Shown here: piece by piece, positions 42,829 through 55,179 of the stretch | Layout of the letters: each line of letters starts with the position of its first letter | Numbering within the stretch: position 1 is the first letter of the stretch | Source: an uncultured Planctomycetota bacterium | Lineage (GTDB): Bacteria > Planctomycetota > Planctomycetia > Isosphaerales > Isosphaeraceae | Direction of reading: 5' to 3' | Length of the DNA: 64,000 nucleotides | Assembly: GCA_963823665.1 (NCBI GenBank) | Contig: CAWGMQ010000011.1 | Location: 736,001 to 800,000, forward strand | The notes under the pieces: generated by a model | The model's database searches: none | Seen by the model: only the letters and a program-made list of their open reading frames with translations | Told to the model about the DNA's origin: nothing | Translations under genes and position numbers: made by a program

Positions 42829-43029
42829 CGATCGCCACACGCCCGAGAGCAATACTCCCGGGGCACTCTCGCTGGGATTCTACCTCGATTCGCGATTATT
42901 GTGGTTTGACTCGGAGACAACGTCGTCTTAATTGGATAGTGCGATTCGGTCCCGCCTATCGCGACGCACCATCGCATCACAACCTGCACGATGGCGGAAT
43001 CCGAAAGTCAGCGCAATCGGAGCAAACCC

Positions 43030-46000
43030 GTGACAACGCCGCGCGACCCCACAATGTCACACAGCTCTCTCGACGCAGTGATCGCCGCATACATGCAAGC
43101 CGTCGAGGCCGGCGAGGTGCCCAATCGGCAGGATTTGATTGAGCAGCACCCCGCGATCGCGGACAAGCTCCGCGCGTTCTTCGCCGACTTCGACCGCATG
43201 GACCGAATCGCCTCCCCGCTCAGAAACGCCGCCGGACTCGACGCCACGAGCGACGTCGACGGAGCCGGCCCCGCCGCCCTGCCCACCGTCCGCTACTTCG
43301 GCGACTATGAATTGCTGGAAGTAATCGCCCGTGGCGGCATGGGCATCGTTTACAAAGCCCGTCAGTCCTCGCTCAACCGGATCGTGGCCCTGAAGATGAT
43401 TCTTCGAGGAACATTCGCCTCGTGCGCGACATCCAGCGCTTCCGCGCCGAGGCCGAATCAGCGGCAAACCTTGATCATCCTCACATCGTGCCGATCTACG
43501 AGGTCGGTGAGCACGACGGCCAGCAATACTTCTCGATGAAGTTCGTGGAAGGCAGTTCGCTGGCGAAGCACCCGCAGACCGACGCGCGGTCCGAGGTCAT
43601 CCGCTTTCTCGAGGTCGTCCGCGCAGTGCACTACGCCCACCAGCATGCCGTCCTGCACCGCGACTTGAAACCGTCAAACGTGCTGGTCGATCCCCAAGGA
43701 ACGCGCTTCGTAACCGATTTCGGCCTGGCGAAGCGACTGACCGACAGCGCCGGCGACCACTCTTTGACCGAGCCCGGCCAGGTCCTCGGCACGCCCAGAT
43801 ACATGGCCCCCGAGCAAGCCGCAGGCAGAAAGGATCTGACCATCGCCGCAGATATCTACAGCCTCGGCGTGATCCTCTACGAGCGGTTGACCGGACAAAC
43901 GCCCTTCGCCGGCGAGAACGCCCTGACGCTCTTGCGCCAGGTTCGCGAGACAGAACCGCCGCGCCCGTCGACGATCCGGCCCGGTCTGGACCGCGACCTG
44001 GAGACGGTCGTGCTTGAAATGCCTCGACAAGGAGCCAGCGCGTCGATATGCGTCGGCGGAGGGGCTGGCAGAAGACTTGTCGAACTGGCTCGCCGGGCGG
44101 CCCATTCATGCGCGCCCGGTGGGCCAGGCGGAACGCGCTTGGCGTTGGTGCAAGCGGAATCCGGCGGTGGCGGGCTTGATCGGGGCAGTGGCGTCGTCGC
44201 TGGTTGCCGGGGTGGTGGTGTCGACGTTCTTCGCTCTGGCGGAGCGCCGAGGGAGAATTCGGGCCGAGTCGGCCGAGGATCGCACGGAACGTACATTCGC
44301 CCAGAGCCTGGTGCGTCCGTTCGATTTGCGGGGCGGCGAGGCTCTTTCGGAGCCCGAAATCACGGCGGTGTGGGAGCTATCCCGCCACCAGCGTGAGCCG
44401 ATCGCGTTGCGTTTCCTGGATGAGGCGACCCGTGATCCGATTACGGCCGTGCAGCTCCGGACTCGGTCAGAGCCTGCACTGATTGCCGCGATCGGGCTCG
44501 ACCCGGAACGTCGAACCCGCGCTTACTTGTTACTTAATTCCAAGCTGCACGACCCGAAAATCGAGCCATCGATCAAGATCGAGTCGGCGCTGTTGGCGCT
44601 TGAGCTAGAGGATCGTCCCGGTCCCGTGACTGAGGCAGCCGCCGGGGCGATCGCCGCGGTGCTTCGTGGAGGGTTTCCCGAAGAGGAACGAGAGTCCTGG
44701 ACACACCATCTGGTTGATCAGGCTGGTCGAATTGATCCGAGTGCGGCAATCTCGCTGCTCGAACAAGCTCTCGAGGGGGAACGCAGTCGCGCCGCTCGGT
44801 TGGTGATCACGACGAGCCTCACAAGGATCGCGGGGCACATGGAGCCGCACGCAAGAGCACAGTTCCTGTGCGAGCTCCTCGAACGAGAGGCACACGAACC
44901 CGTCACCGACGATCGTGGATCAATCGGCGCGGCCACGACGACAAACGTGCCCGAGTCACCTGTCCAGGTGGCGGCAACCGCGCTTGAGATTGCACTGCGG
45001 AAAATGAAACGGTCGGAGGCCGCGAGCATTTCACGCCGCGCTGGGATGGCTTTGGCATCGGCGCTGGATGGCAAACGCGACGAGCAGCACGTTATGGCGT
45101 GTGCCAAACACTTGGCGACGCTGACGGCGTCGCTGGATCTAGCCGAAGCGTCACGAATCTGCGGCCCGGCCGCGCGGAACGTGGCTTCCCAGCTCTTGCA
45201 AGCGACCGTGTGGTACAACCTTGCAGACGCACTGTTGATACTCGCACCGCGTTTGAATTCATCCGACGCTCGTGGCGTTGCCGTCACCATGCTGGAAAAG
45301 CTGCTGAAAGAACCCCCCCAGAATACCAGCGAGATCATGCCGAAAGCTCTGATCGCACTGTCCGATCGCATCGAGCCGATCGAGGCGAGCCAATTCTATC
45401 TACGTATTGCCGGCGGAATCTCTGAAAACCTCCTGCGAGAATCGAGCACGAGCACCCCCGAGCACTTACGCCTGGCTTTGAACGTGGCGGCCGATCGCAT
45501 CGATCCGACCGAGGCGAGGCGACTCTATTCAAGACTTGCGGAACGCCTTGCACTGACCGTCCAGAAGGGCACCAAGGCCGACGACCGTGACGGGCCGATC
45601 GCTTGGCTCGCGGCAATCGCGAAGCGGGTCGATCCTGCCGAGATGCAACGATCTGGAAACCCGGTGATCCAGATTCTGAAAACCGCCGTCCAGGGCGAAA
45701 AAACTCCCGAGGCGCGGGCAAGCATTGCGTGGGGGTTAGCGCCGCTGTCCGAGCGGCTTGGGCGCGAGAAAGCCGCAGAGATCTGCGAGCCTTTGGCCGA
45801 GAACCTCATCGCCTCGATTGGAACAACTTCCAGTAAGAACGCGAGGGTCGCACTCATCCGAGGAATTTCCGCGCTTACGATTCGACTTGCGCCAGCGCAG
45901 GCCATCGGAGTCGTTCGACTCATCGCGGCTCGAATGGAGGAAAGTGGGGATTGGTTGCTCGATCCAGGTGATAACGGCTCGCTGCCGACGACCTTCTACT

Positions 46001-47543
46001 ATCTTTTCAACGAGCTCGACGTATCGGACCGCAAAGGTGCTGCCAAGCTGCTCGTGGCGGCGCTAGCAGACGAGAAGGACACGAGGATTCGTGCGTCGCT
46101 GGGAACGGGACTGTGCTGCATCGCCGTCGGGATGGACCCCGAGGAAGCCGCAAGGGTTTGTGGTCCGGTCGCCGGTGATATGGCAATGGCGCTCGCATCG
46201 AAGCCCGGCTATGTGTTCTATGTCGCGGACGGCTTCGATACGATGGCATCACACCTCGGCTTCGCCGAGGCCTCCCGGGCCGGACGTGTATTTTCCGAGG
46301 CGCTGAAAACCGAGCCGAGGGAATGGATCCGCTTGCGTTTGGCGTCGTCACTCGCAAGACTTGCGAGCCGGATGGAACGCGCCGAGGCGCGACAGACGCA
46401 TCAAGTACTCGCCCGGGTCTTGGTGGACGTGCTGAAAGTGTCGTCTGACGATCTCGATTTCACCGGCACCACTCGCGGGATGTTGTCGTCGTTGGCCAGC
46501 GACACAGAGGCTCTTGACGGCAGCGCATTCTTGACTTTGGCAGTGGATCACGCGACCAGTCGCAGTTCGCCCAAATTCACACCATTTGTCATTGATGGCT
46601 TCATGACGACGGTCGCCCGACTGGTGCGGACGACCGTGCGCGAATTTGCGGTTCGGTTGCCGCGTCTCTGCAGTCCCGAATCCGGCGGGATCAGAGTCCT
46701 GCTTGGCTCGATGAACTGGTTACCGCAATTCTGCGAATTGCGGCCCAGATGAATCGCGCCGAAGCGAAACGGATCTGCGGTGAAGTCGGCAGGCGGTTCC
46801 TTTCTTGGATTGAGCTAGAGTCAGATCCTCTTCGGCGCAAACAGTTCGCGTGGTCACTGGGCACCATCGCCGAAGCCATCGAGCCAGCCGACGCTTCACG
46901 CCTCTGCGACAAGGCCGTTGGCTCACTGATACGCGACCAGATTCAAGAGCCCGATGCTTCCGAGTCAACCTATGACACCGTTGCTCATCTTCTGGCGAGA
47001 CTTGACCCCGCAATGGCGAGGCGGCATGCGGGCGATGTCGCCGTTCTCCTTGTCGGCGAATGGAACCGGGGAGGAGAGTTTTCCGGCACCGGCGGTGTTC
47101 TCGCGACGCAACAGCCAGGTCCACGAGTGAACCGCGATCCCGAGACCCTCAACTCAATCCTGACGGACAACAGTGCGCAACAGATTCTGTTGCGAACGAC
47201 TCAGATCGCCAAAACCGCCGGCGCTGGAATCGAAGGCTCGCTAGCTGTCGCTGCGCGGATATGGACGGAGCCATTGCCTTGCCGGTTGACAACGCAGGAG
47301 CTGGTGGACCTCCTCAAGATGCCGACATGCATCGGTGAAGCCCGCCGCGTCATACTCGACCACCTTGGCAACCGCTATCATCGCCGGTTCGTCAACCCCT
47401 GGGCGTTCAGTCGCTTCGCGACCGAACAAAAACTGGATATCGATCTCGAAAGTCCGCCGAAGCGTCCCGCGGCACCGATCGTCCCTTACCGGAGTTCGAC
47501 GCGCGGGTGGAACGCCCCTGCAAGTGGTTCCGGCCCGTTCTGA
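43030..47543 (+). CDS. Giant Ser/Thr kinase with TM and helical-repeat C-terminus, paralog 1 (frameshifts near 43422, 44015 and about 46620)
   Basis: Four consecutive ORFs collinear with the intact paralog at 47598; [11 protein letters not shown] and APE present. Confidence 0.88.
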
Positions 47544-47597
47544 ATGTAGCGGCTCATTGAGGGCTGATGAGATACACGTTTCAATCGGAGCAAACCC

Positions 47598-50500
47598 GTG
47601 ACAACGCCGCACGACCCGACGATGTCCCATAGCTCACTGGACGCCGTGATCGCAGCGTACATGCAGGCCGTCGAGGCCGGCGAAGTCCCCAACCGCCAGA
47701 GCCTGCTGGACCAGCACCCGGCCATCGCGGAAAAGTTGCACGCATTCTTTGCTGATGTTGACCGCATGGACCGCATCGCCTCGCCGCTCAGAAACGCCGC
47801 CGGTTTGGATGTGACGAGCGACGTCAACGGAAACGGCCCCGCCGCCCTGCCCACCATCCGCTACTTCGGCGACTATGAATTACTAGAAGAAATTGCCCGC
47901 GGCGGCATGGGCATCGTCTACAAAGCCCGCCAGGCATCGCTGAACCGGATCGTGGCGCTGAAAATGATCCTTCGCGGAACATTCGCATCGGCTCGCGACA
48001 TCCAGCGCTTCTGCGCCGAGGCCGAGTCAGCAGCAAACCTTGATCATCCTCACATCGTGCCGATCTACGAAGTCGGCGAGCACGACGGCCAGCAATACTT
48101 CTCGATGAAGTTCGTGGAAGGCACCTCGCTGGCGAAGCATCCGCAGGCCGACGCGCGCTCGGAGGTCACCCGCTTCCTCGAGGTCGTCCGCGCCGTGCAC
48201 TACGCCCACCAGCACGCTGTGCTGCACCGTGACTTGAAGCCATCAAACGTGCTGGTCGATCCACAAGGAACGCGATTCGTCACCGATTTCGGTCTGGCCA
48301 AGCGTCTGACCGAGACCGCCGGCGACCACTCGCTAACGGAGCCCGGCCAGGTCCTCGGCACGCCCAGGTACATGGCCCCCGAGCAAGCCGCAGGCAGAAA
48401 GGATCTGACTGTTGCCGCGGATGTCTACAGCCTCGGCGTCATCCTGTACGAGCGGCTCACCGGGCAAACGCCTTTTGCAGGAGAAAACGCCCTGACGCTC
48501 TTGCGCCAGGTCCGCGAAACCGAGCCCCCGCGGCCGTCAACGATCCGACCGGGCCTGGATCGCGACCTTGAAACCGTCGTGCTCAAGTGCCTGGACAAGG
48601 AACCGGCCCGCAGGTACTCGTCAGCCGAGGCATTGGCTGCCGATCTGGAGAACTGGCTTGCCGGTCGCCCCATCATGGCGCGGCCGGTCGGCCAGACAGA
48701 GCGAGCCTGGCGCTGGTGCAAGCGCAACCCCGCAGTGGCCGGGCTGGCCGCCTCGTTGGCCCTGGCGCTTGTTCTGGGTGCAGTCATCTCGGGCTTCTAC
48801 GCCGTCGCGGAGCGGCGAGGGCGTATCCGGGCCGAAGCCGCCGAGGATCGGACGGAACGCACCTTCGCCCAGAGCCTCGTTCGGCCGCTCGATCCGCTGG
48901 GCGCTGAGAGACATCATGAGACGTTATCGGAGCCGGAGGTAGCGGCTCTGTGGGAACTTTCACAGCTCCAAAGTGAATCGGTTCGTCTCCACTTTTTGGA
49001 AGAGGCAGCACGTGACCCACTGAGGGCGCGCCAGCTCCGGGCTCGATCCGAGCCGGCTCTGATCGCCGCGGTAGGCGTTGATCCCGTCAGACGCGATAGA
49101 GCGGCCCGGCTGCTGAGCGCGGTACTCAATGACACGGGCCTTACACAGCCGAACAGGGCCGACGTATCCCTCGTTGCTCTAGAGCTCGAGGATCAGCCTG
49201 GTCCGTTCACCGACGCCTACGCCAGGACGATTGTAGAGACGCTCGCGGGAAACTCACGCGATTACGATCAGTCCGTGTGCAAAGAGCATTTGCTTAGCGC
49301 CTCGGATCGATTGGATCCGAGCACTGTCGCGCGCGTGCTCGCTCCCGCATTAGAGCGACCGACGTGGGACGAGGCTCGCTCCAGGTTGGTGGAAGTTCTC
49401 TCCTCGTTTGCTAATCGATTGGAACCCGCCGCGGCGAACGCAATGCGTGCCCGGATCGCGCAATCACTCGCCGGTTCCTTTATTCTGGGACAGGCTAACG
49501 AAGTATCTGGCTTCCAAAACTCGAGTCGAGGGCTAGAGGAACAGCTAGCGAGCGTATCAGCGCGGTTAGAACGCACGGAAGCATTGAGAATTGCGCACCT
49601 CCTCGCAGTCGCCCTCTCAGGGCAAACCGATGCGCCTACCAAACGGTCCTTGGTCAAAGCCTTCATGACAGTGGTCGGCCGGCTGGACCCTCGCATTGCC
49701 GTTCAGGTGCTCGAGGAAACACTAACTTCCGAGACGTTGAATTCCTATCCTGAAATTCGGTTCCCTCTCGAGGAGGGGCTGTTATGCGTCGCGGAGCGGT
49801 TGGAGTCGATCGAGGCGAGCCGTATCCAGGCCAAAGTCTCACACAGGCTCTCGATCGCATTCGAGAAGGCAGCAAACGTCGAGGATCGTTCGAGAGCAGC
49901 ATCGAATCTCGCTTCGCTGGCCGATCGTTTGAAACCGAAGGATCCATCGCCGCCCTGGGCACCACCGGCTTTCGTCCCGGTGATCCGCGACTTACTGGCG
50001 ACGATTCAAACGGAAATGGGTCCTGAAGTTCAGGGAAGCTCGGCGTGGAATCTGGCTCCGCTTGCGGAGCGTCTGGGCCATCCCGAAGCCCCGCGCATTT
50101 GTCTTCTCGCAGCCGAGAAGCTAACCGCGACACTGTCGACAGAGACGAACGCGCAAGCTCAGGGTTCCCTCATCCGAGGGCTCGCAGCCCTGACGATTCG
50201 ATTGGCCCCAGCTCAGGCCACTCGAATCACTCGGATGCTTGCCGCTCGCGCACAACGGGAATTGGACGGACACCCGAGCAGAATCTATGGCGAAGGCTCA
50301 GTAGCCTCGGTTTTCTACGACGTCACCGCCTCTCTCACACCAGAAGACGCCGACCGGGCGGCGCGGGTGCTCACCGCGGCTTTAGCCGCGGAGACGGACA
50401 GCAAGGTCCGCCCATGGTTGGTCGCCGGATTATGTTTGGTGGCAACGCGGTTGCACGAAGCCGAGGTCAGCGAAGTCTGTGGCCCCTTCGTAAAGGAGAT

Positions 50501-51572
50501 GGCGGAAGCCCTGGCAACAAAGGACGCTGTCTACAGGGAGCACATCGCGGATGGCTTCATGGCTGTTGCGTCTCGTGTGGATGCGTCGCGAGCAAAGATG
50601 GCCGTGGATGTATTGGCGAACGCGCTCGATCGCGAAACGGTCGCCAGCTACCGCGGAATGTTGGCATCAGCCCTCGCCTCGGTTGCGGGGAGAATGGACC
50701 CGAGCGAAACGTCCGGAAACTGCGATCGAGCCGCGCATGTGCTTATTGCCGAACTCGGAAGATCAAAGGAAACCATTGAACAAGGGAGAATGTGTAAGGC
50801 TCTTGCAGAGGTGTGTGATCGGATGCAGCCCGCCGTGGCGGCCTCGATGCTCATCGCGGCCCTACAACATGTAGGAGACCCGTGGGGCCGAGAGTCCGTT
50901 TTCTCGGGTCTTTCATCAGTCACGCGGAAACTCAAGCCAGCGGACGGGGCTCGTGTGCTCGTTGACGCGTTGCAGCGTGCTCCAGACGACCCTTGGAGCG
51001 GAAAGTTTGTCTCGTCTCTGGCGACCGTGGCGGGTCGAATGGAGTTTGATGAGGCTGACCGTGTTTGCCAGGGTGTGATCCAATTCCTTTTCCAAGCGAG
51101 CCCGGCACAAGTGTTGGGTAGGGCCGACGATATAGCAACTCTGCTATCACATATCGAGCCCGCCAGGGCTCATGCAGCGGCTCGGGAATTGGCCACCCTC
51201 ATCTGCTTGCAGCCGGACATTGACGCAAGCACACTGTCCCGGCTCCTGACTGACATCAGCCGCGCTCAGTTAACCCGTCGAGCAGCAATGACGGCGGCAG
51301 CGACGATCGGGCAAGGAATCGAAGGGCCGTTTGCCGCGATGATTCCTTTATGGTCCGACCCCTTCCCCTGCCGCCTCACCACTCAGGAGCTCATCGAACT
51401 CCTCAAGATTCCCACCTGCTCGGGCCCCGCCCGCCGCGTCGTCCTCGACCACCTCGGCAACCGCTTCGGCCGCCGCTTCGTCAACCACTGGGCCTTCGTC
51501 CGCTACGCCACGGAACAAAAACTCAAACTCGACTTCACCACCCCACCCCGCCGGCCGGAGCCGGTACGCTAA
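47598..51572 (+). CDS. Giant Ser/Thr kinase with TM and helical-repeat C-terminus, paralog 2
   Basis: 1324-aa [26 protein letters not shown] helix; C-terminal [12 protein letters not shown] motif. Confidence 0.93.
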   Translation: MTTPHDPTMSHSSLDAVIAAYMQAVEAGEVPNRQSLLDQHPAIAEKLHAFFADVDRMDRIASPLRNAAGLDVTSDVNGNGPAALPTIRYFGDYELLEEIARGGMGIVYKARQASLNRIVALKMILRGTFASARDIQRFCAEAESAANLDHPHIVPIYEVGEHDGQQYFSMKFVEGTSLAKHPQADARSEVTRFLEVVRAVHYAHQHAVLHRDLKPSNVLVDPQGTRFVTDFGLAKRLTETAGDHSLTEPGQVLGTPRYMAPEQAAGRKDLTVAADVYSLGVILYERLTGQTPFAGENALTLLRQVRETEPPRPSTIRPGLDRDLETVVLKCLDKEPARRYSSAEALAADLENWLAGRPIMARPVGQTERAWRWCKRNPAVAGLAASLALALVLGAVISGFYAVAERRGRIRAEAAEDRTERTFAQSLVRPLDPLGAERHHETLSEPEVAALWELSQLQSESVRLHFLEEAARDPLRARQLRARSEPALIAAVGVDPVRRDRAARLLSAVLNDTGLTQPNRADVSLVALELEDQPGPFTDAYARTIVETLAGNSRDYDQSVCKEHLLSASDRLDPSTVARVLAPALERPTWDEARSRLVEVLSSFANRLEPAAANAMRARIAQSLAGSFILGQANEVSGFQNSSRGLEEQLASVSARLERTEALRIAHLLAVALSGQTDAPTKRSLVKAFMTVVGRLDPRIAVQVLEETLTSETLNSYPEIRFPLEEGLLCVAERLESIEASRIQAKVSHRLSIAFEKAANVEDRSRAASNLASLADRLKPKDPSPPWAPPAFVPVIRDLLATIQTEMGPEVQGSSAWNLAPLAERLGHPEAPRICLLAAEKLTATLSTETNAQAQGSLIRGLAALTIRLAPAQATRITRMLAARAQRELDGHPSRIYGEGSVASVFYDVTASLTPEDADRAARVLTAALAAETDSKVRPWLVAGLCLVATRLHEAEVSEVCGPFVKEMAEALATKDAVYREHIADGFMAVASRVDASRAKMAVDVLANALDRETVASYRGMLASALASVAGRMDPSETSGNCDRAAHVLIAELGRSKETIEQGRMCKALAEVCDRMQPAVAASMLIAALQHVGDPWGRESVFSGLSSVTRKLKPADGARVLVDALQRAPDDPWSGKFVSSLATVAGRMEFDEADRVCQGVIQFLFQASPAQVLGRADDIATLLSHIEPARAHAAARELATLICLQPDIDASTLSRLLTDISRAQLTRRAAMTAAATIGQGIEGPFAAMIPLWSDPFPCRLTTQELIELLKIPTCSGPARRVVLDHLGNRFGRRFVNHWAFVRYATEQKLKLDFTTPPRRPEPVR

Positions 51573-51750
51573 ATCGCGGCGACGAGTCCGGAGATTGCGA
51601 GTTCTTGCGCGGAAGTATAAAAACTCGCCGCGCGAATTTGTGTCCACACTGCAACTCTTGAGCGGTCAGGGGACATTTGACCGCCGAATTCGATATGATA
51701 CCAGGGCGAGTATTTCGTTCGTTTGCCTCGCCGTCGGGGAGACACTACTG

Positions 51751-51975
51751 ATGAGCGCGGTCGTGGAAGCACCAATCGAAATGGTTGAGGCCGTGGCAGT
51801 GCTCAGGCTGCCACCGCGAGGAGACCGCCGGTTGCAAGTCCTGATGGATCGCGATACGAATGGCACATTGACTCTCGAGCAAAAAGAGGAGCTGGAGGCC
51901 TTGGTCGAGCTCAGCGAGACAATTGGGCTGGTGCGCGCGCAAGCACTCCGCGTTCTCGGGCGGAAACCTGGATGA
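51751..51975 (+). CDS. Small antitoxin-like hypothetical protein
   Basis: 74 aa, RLQVLMDR..GTLT..KEELEALVE; GGAG RBS upstream. Confidence 0.65.
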   Translation: MSAVVEAPIEMVEAVAVLRLPPRGDRRLQVLMDRDTNGTLTLEQKEELEALVELSETIGLVRAQALRVLGRKPG

Positions 51976-52096
51976 ACTCGTTGTGTTGAACGTCAATCAC
52001 TTTCGTCGAGTCTTGATTCGACAAGCGGAACAAGTTTTCGATCGCTTCCCGCCGTGAAGTTCTCCAACGCGCGAGAAACGTTCGAGGAGTCATTCG

Positions 52097-52306
52097 ATGA
52101 CTATTAACAGCGAGCGTGAAATCGAACTTACGCGAGAGAAACTCCGTCTCCTCGAGCAGACATACGCGGACGCACAGCGCAATTCGAAATCCTCCGCCCA
52201 CACCCGCGAGTTGACATTGCGCTCGCTACGTGGACTCATCAACCAACTGACGGAAGAAATCGCCCGCCACGAAGCGCGTGCGAAAAATCCAGTTCAGGCT
52301 CCTTGA
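52097..52306 (+). CDS. Small helical hypothetical protein (antitoxin-like)
   Basis: GAGGAG RBS; INSEREIELTREKL..SLRGLINQLTEEIARHE. Confidence 0.7.
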   Translation: MTINSEREIELTREKLRLLEQTYADAQRNSKSSAHTRELTLRSLRGLINQLTEEIARHEARAKNPVQAP

Positions 52307-52554
52307 TCCAGCTCTCGCCGCACATCCTCGGCCGAGAGACTCGCGCCGTTGCGATATTCCTGTCGAGTTCGCTCAATGATGGCATTGAAAGCTGGGTTAA
52401 GACTCAAGGCCATGGACTCGAGATTCGCGTCATCGAATGGAAGGAGCGCGGCGATTGCATGTCCCCCGTCCGTCAGTACGAGAGGCTCCTTCTCTAGCTC
52501 GCGGCCATAATGTTCTAGCGAATTCGTAGCCTGTGTTAGCTCGATGTTCTTCAT
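52294..52554 (-). CDS. Phd/YefM-like antitoxin, no adjacent cognate toxin
   Basis: EPLVLTDGGHAIAALL and C-terminal LSAEDVRREL; GAGGA RBS. Confidence 0.7.
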   Translation of the reverse strand: MKNIELTQATNSLEHYGRELEKEPLVLTDGGHAIAALLPFDDANLESMALSLNPAFNAIIERTRQEYRNGASLSAEDVRRELDQGA

Positions 52555-52632
52555 CGATCATGTTCCTCATCACCGATCCACAGGCGTTCCCGGAATTGAC
52601 AGAACCTGATGCCAACCCTCGTGCGAGCGTGC

Positions 52633-53022
52633 CTACCACTCGACCTGAACACCAGGGTATTGGCGGATCAACGGGTCAGGCGTCAACAAAACGAGCCCAC
52701 CCGCGCTCGCCTGGCAAATCAGCGCACGATCAAACGGATCCTTATGCAGCTTCGGAAGGCGATACTCCATCAAGCTACTCGCTTCGTCCAACGAGAGACT
52801 CGCGATGCCATGCCTCTGGCGCTCAGCGGGGACGAACTGGTCAGGAGGGGTCGGCAGTGGCAGCCGACCCAGGGAGTATTTGATGCTGATCTCCCAGGCC
52901 GAGACGACGCTCAAGAACACCTCGTCGGCAGGGTCGAGGAATCGCTGACGAGCGTGCGACGAGAGTAACGGATCGTCCGTCGCGATCCAAAGAAACGTGC
53001 ACGTATCCAGAAGGATCTTCAA
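52633..53022 (-). CDS. vapC: VapC-family PIN domain toxin
   Basis: LLDTCTFLW, SAWEISIK, HKDPFDRALICQA, LLTPD. Confidence 0.93.
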   Translation of the reverse strand: MKILLDTCTFLWIATDDPLLSSHARQRFLDPADEVFLSVVSAWEISIKYSLGRLPLPTPPDQFVPAERQRHGIASLSLDEASSLMEYRLPKLHKDPFDRALICQASAGGLVLLTPDPLIRQYPGVQVEW

Positions 53023-53263
53023 GACCCTTCCTCATAGAATGAATCAATCAAATCAGCAGGCAGCGGCTCATAAAAACTCTCGGGAATCTCGAACGCCCCG
53101 CGCGCAATCCGATCGCTCTAGGTGTTTGTACCCGCGCCGCAACCGGCCGCAACTCCGCGATCGGCTCGTTGTCGCGGGTCACCAGAATCGTCTCACCTCG
53201 AGCAACCTGCTCGAGATAATGCGTCAAGTCCGCCTGGATACGAAGTACATCGACCTGCACCAT
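53019..53263 (-). CDS. Phd/YefM antitoxin, cognate to vapC (frameshift near 53105)
   Basis: LEQVARGETILVTRDNEPIAELRP. The shifted frame continues ARGAFEIPESFYEPLP..EEGS* and its TGA overlaps the toxin TTG start. Confidence 0.85.
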
Positions 53264-53385
53264 CTGAAAACACCCCTTCAGCCCAGCCCGTGGAATCACG
53301 CCGTTCATTATATACTTTCAACAGACACCGACCAACCGCGCCAATACGTTCGCTCGCGCCGGGCGTTTGCTTCGCTACGCCTCCC

Positions 53386-54015
53386 TCAGAAGCCGGCTCT
53401 TTCGTCTTCCGCCTCGATTTCCGTATCAACGATCTCACGCCAGGCATCCAGCACAAAATTCGGCGCGCCCGATTCTCGCAGGCGATCAGTAACCTGGCCC
53501 TTCCAAGATTTCAGTTTCGGGAAGGCCAGCAGCAATCGGTAGATATCAGAGAGTTCCATCATCTCCCGAGCTGTCCCCGGGTGGTTGGTCATGCTTGCCA
53601 CCCTCTGGCAAATCAAATCGGTCGGCTGGGCCACCAAGACTTCCTCGATAACCTGGTGGACCGGAATGCTCTCGATGTTTCTCACAACAACGAGGAGGCG
53701 GTTCTTGGGCTTGCGTACCTGTTCCAATCGATAGGGAATCCCACTCCCTTCGTTGCGAGTCCTGACCTCCATCTGGAACCGCCCACACGGAAGTACACGC
53801 AACTCCTCCGCCAATTCCGCCGCCCGCGGCGACAAGATATCGACACACTGACTCATTCTAGGCTGGTCGATGTACGCGTTGATCGCTTGTGTACCCCAGA
53901 GCACGGCATCGGTCCGCCCGCGCAAGAACTCGAGCACTACGTCGTGGATTATCGCCAGCGGCAATGGCTCGCGCGTCGCGAACTCTCTGAATGTAAGTGA
54001 GCCATCCCCGAACAT
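53386..54015 (-). CDS. Nucleotidyltransferase-fold protein (AbiEii-like)
   Basis: VLWGTQAINAY..PRMSQCVDIL resembles the G..A....R.T.D.D motif; GGAG RBS. Confidence 0.7.
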   Translation of the reverse strand: MFGDGSLTFREFATREPLPLAIIHDVVLEFLRGRTDAVLWGTQAINAYIDQPRMSQCVDILSPRAAELAEELRVLPCGRFQMEVRTRNEGSGIPYRLEQVRKPKNRLLVVVRNIESIPVHQVIEEVLVAQPTDLICQRVASMTNHPGTAREMMELSDIYRLLLAFPKLKSWKGQVTDRLRESGAPNFVLDAWREIVDTEIEAEDERAGF

Positions 54016-54200
54016 AGACTGTTCTCCTTGATGACAAATCGTATCCCGGCTCCGCGACGAAGACCAGCCGAGCCCATGACCACACAGCCTCGCCCTGAGG
54101 CCCGCCGTGGCATCCACGGCCTTCCGCGGTTAGAATTCCTTTGAATCAAACGAGCCGTATCGCCGCGCTCGTTCTCTCGTGCACCGCAGAGGCTCACTCC

Positions 54201-55083
54201 TTGAACCGTTTCGGCACCGCGGTCATCATCGGCGTCGGATTGATCGGCGGGTCAGTCGGGCTGGCGCTGCGCCCGGAAGATCGCGTCGAATGTGATCGGT
54301 GTCGGCCGCAATGCCGCGTCGCTTGAGCAGGCCGTTCGGCTCGGTGCGATCGATCGCGGCGCAATTGACCTCGACTCCGCCGTCGCCGACGCCGACCTCG
54401 TCGTCGTCTGCACGCCCGTAAATCGAGTAGCCGCTGATGTCGTCCGCGCCGCTGGCGCCGCGCCCTCCGACGTGCTCATCACCGACGTGGGCAGCTCGAA
54501 ACGCCAGATCGTCGAGGCCGTCGAGCGAAATTCGCGCGCCGCCGCGGCTTTTGTGGGCGCTCATCCGATCGCCGGGTCCGAGCGCCGCGGGCCCGCGCAT
54601 GCACGGGCCGATCTTTTCGAAGACCGCGTCTGCGTCATCACGCCCACGCCGAGAACCCCGCTCGACCGCACCCGCGAAACGCTCGCACTCTGGACCTCGC
54701 TCGGCTGCCGCGTCGTCGAAATGTCACCGGCCGAGCACGACGAGATCCTCGCTTACACCAGCCATCTGCCACACGCCGTCGCCGCGGCACTCGCCGCTTC
54801 AGTGCCCGCCGAATGGCTGCCGCTGGCCGCCGGCGCGTATCGCGACTGCACCCGTGTCGCCGCCGCCGATACCGATCTATGGGCGGCTATCTTCCGCGAA
54901 AACCGCGGGCCCATGCTCAAAGCTCTAGGCACTCTCCAGAACTGTCTGGATGCATTCAAGTACGCCCTCATGACCGACGATGAGACCGCCATTCGCGCGT
55001 GGTGGGAACAGGCCCGCGCCCGCCGCAGACTCTACGCGGCCGACTTTGACCCGGGCGACCCCGCTCCCCCGCATCCGTCTTGA
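54201..55083 (+). CDS. tyrA: Prephenate/arogenate dehydrogenase (frameshift near 54270)
   Basis: IIGVGLIGGSVGLAL, TDVGSSK, GAHPIAGSE, HDEILAYTSHLPH. Confidence 0.93.
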
Positions 55084-55179
55084 ATCCAGCCTCTTTCTCT
55101 TGCTAAGTTTAACATTTGACGATGAACTTGCTCCGCTGTCTTTGTGTATCCATTTTGTGTCCGCGAGTTTTAACGCATC

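Noticed and set aside
51595..54140. Prophage or integrative element carrying the TA cluster
   Set aside because: No integrase, transposase, tRNA target or flanking direct repeats were seen.
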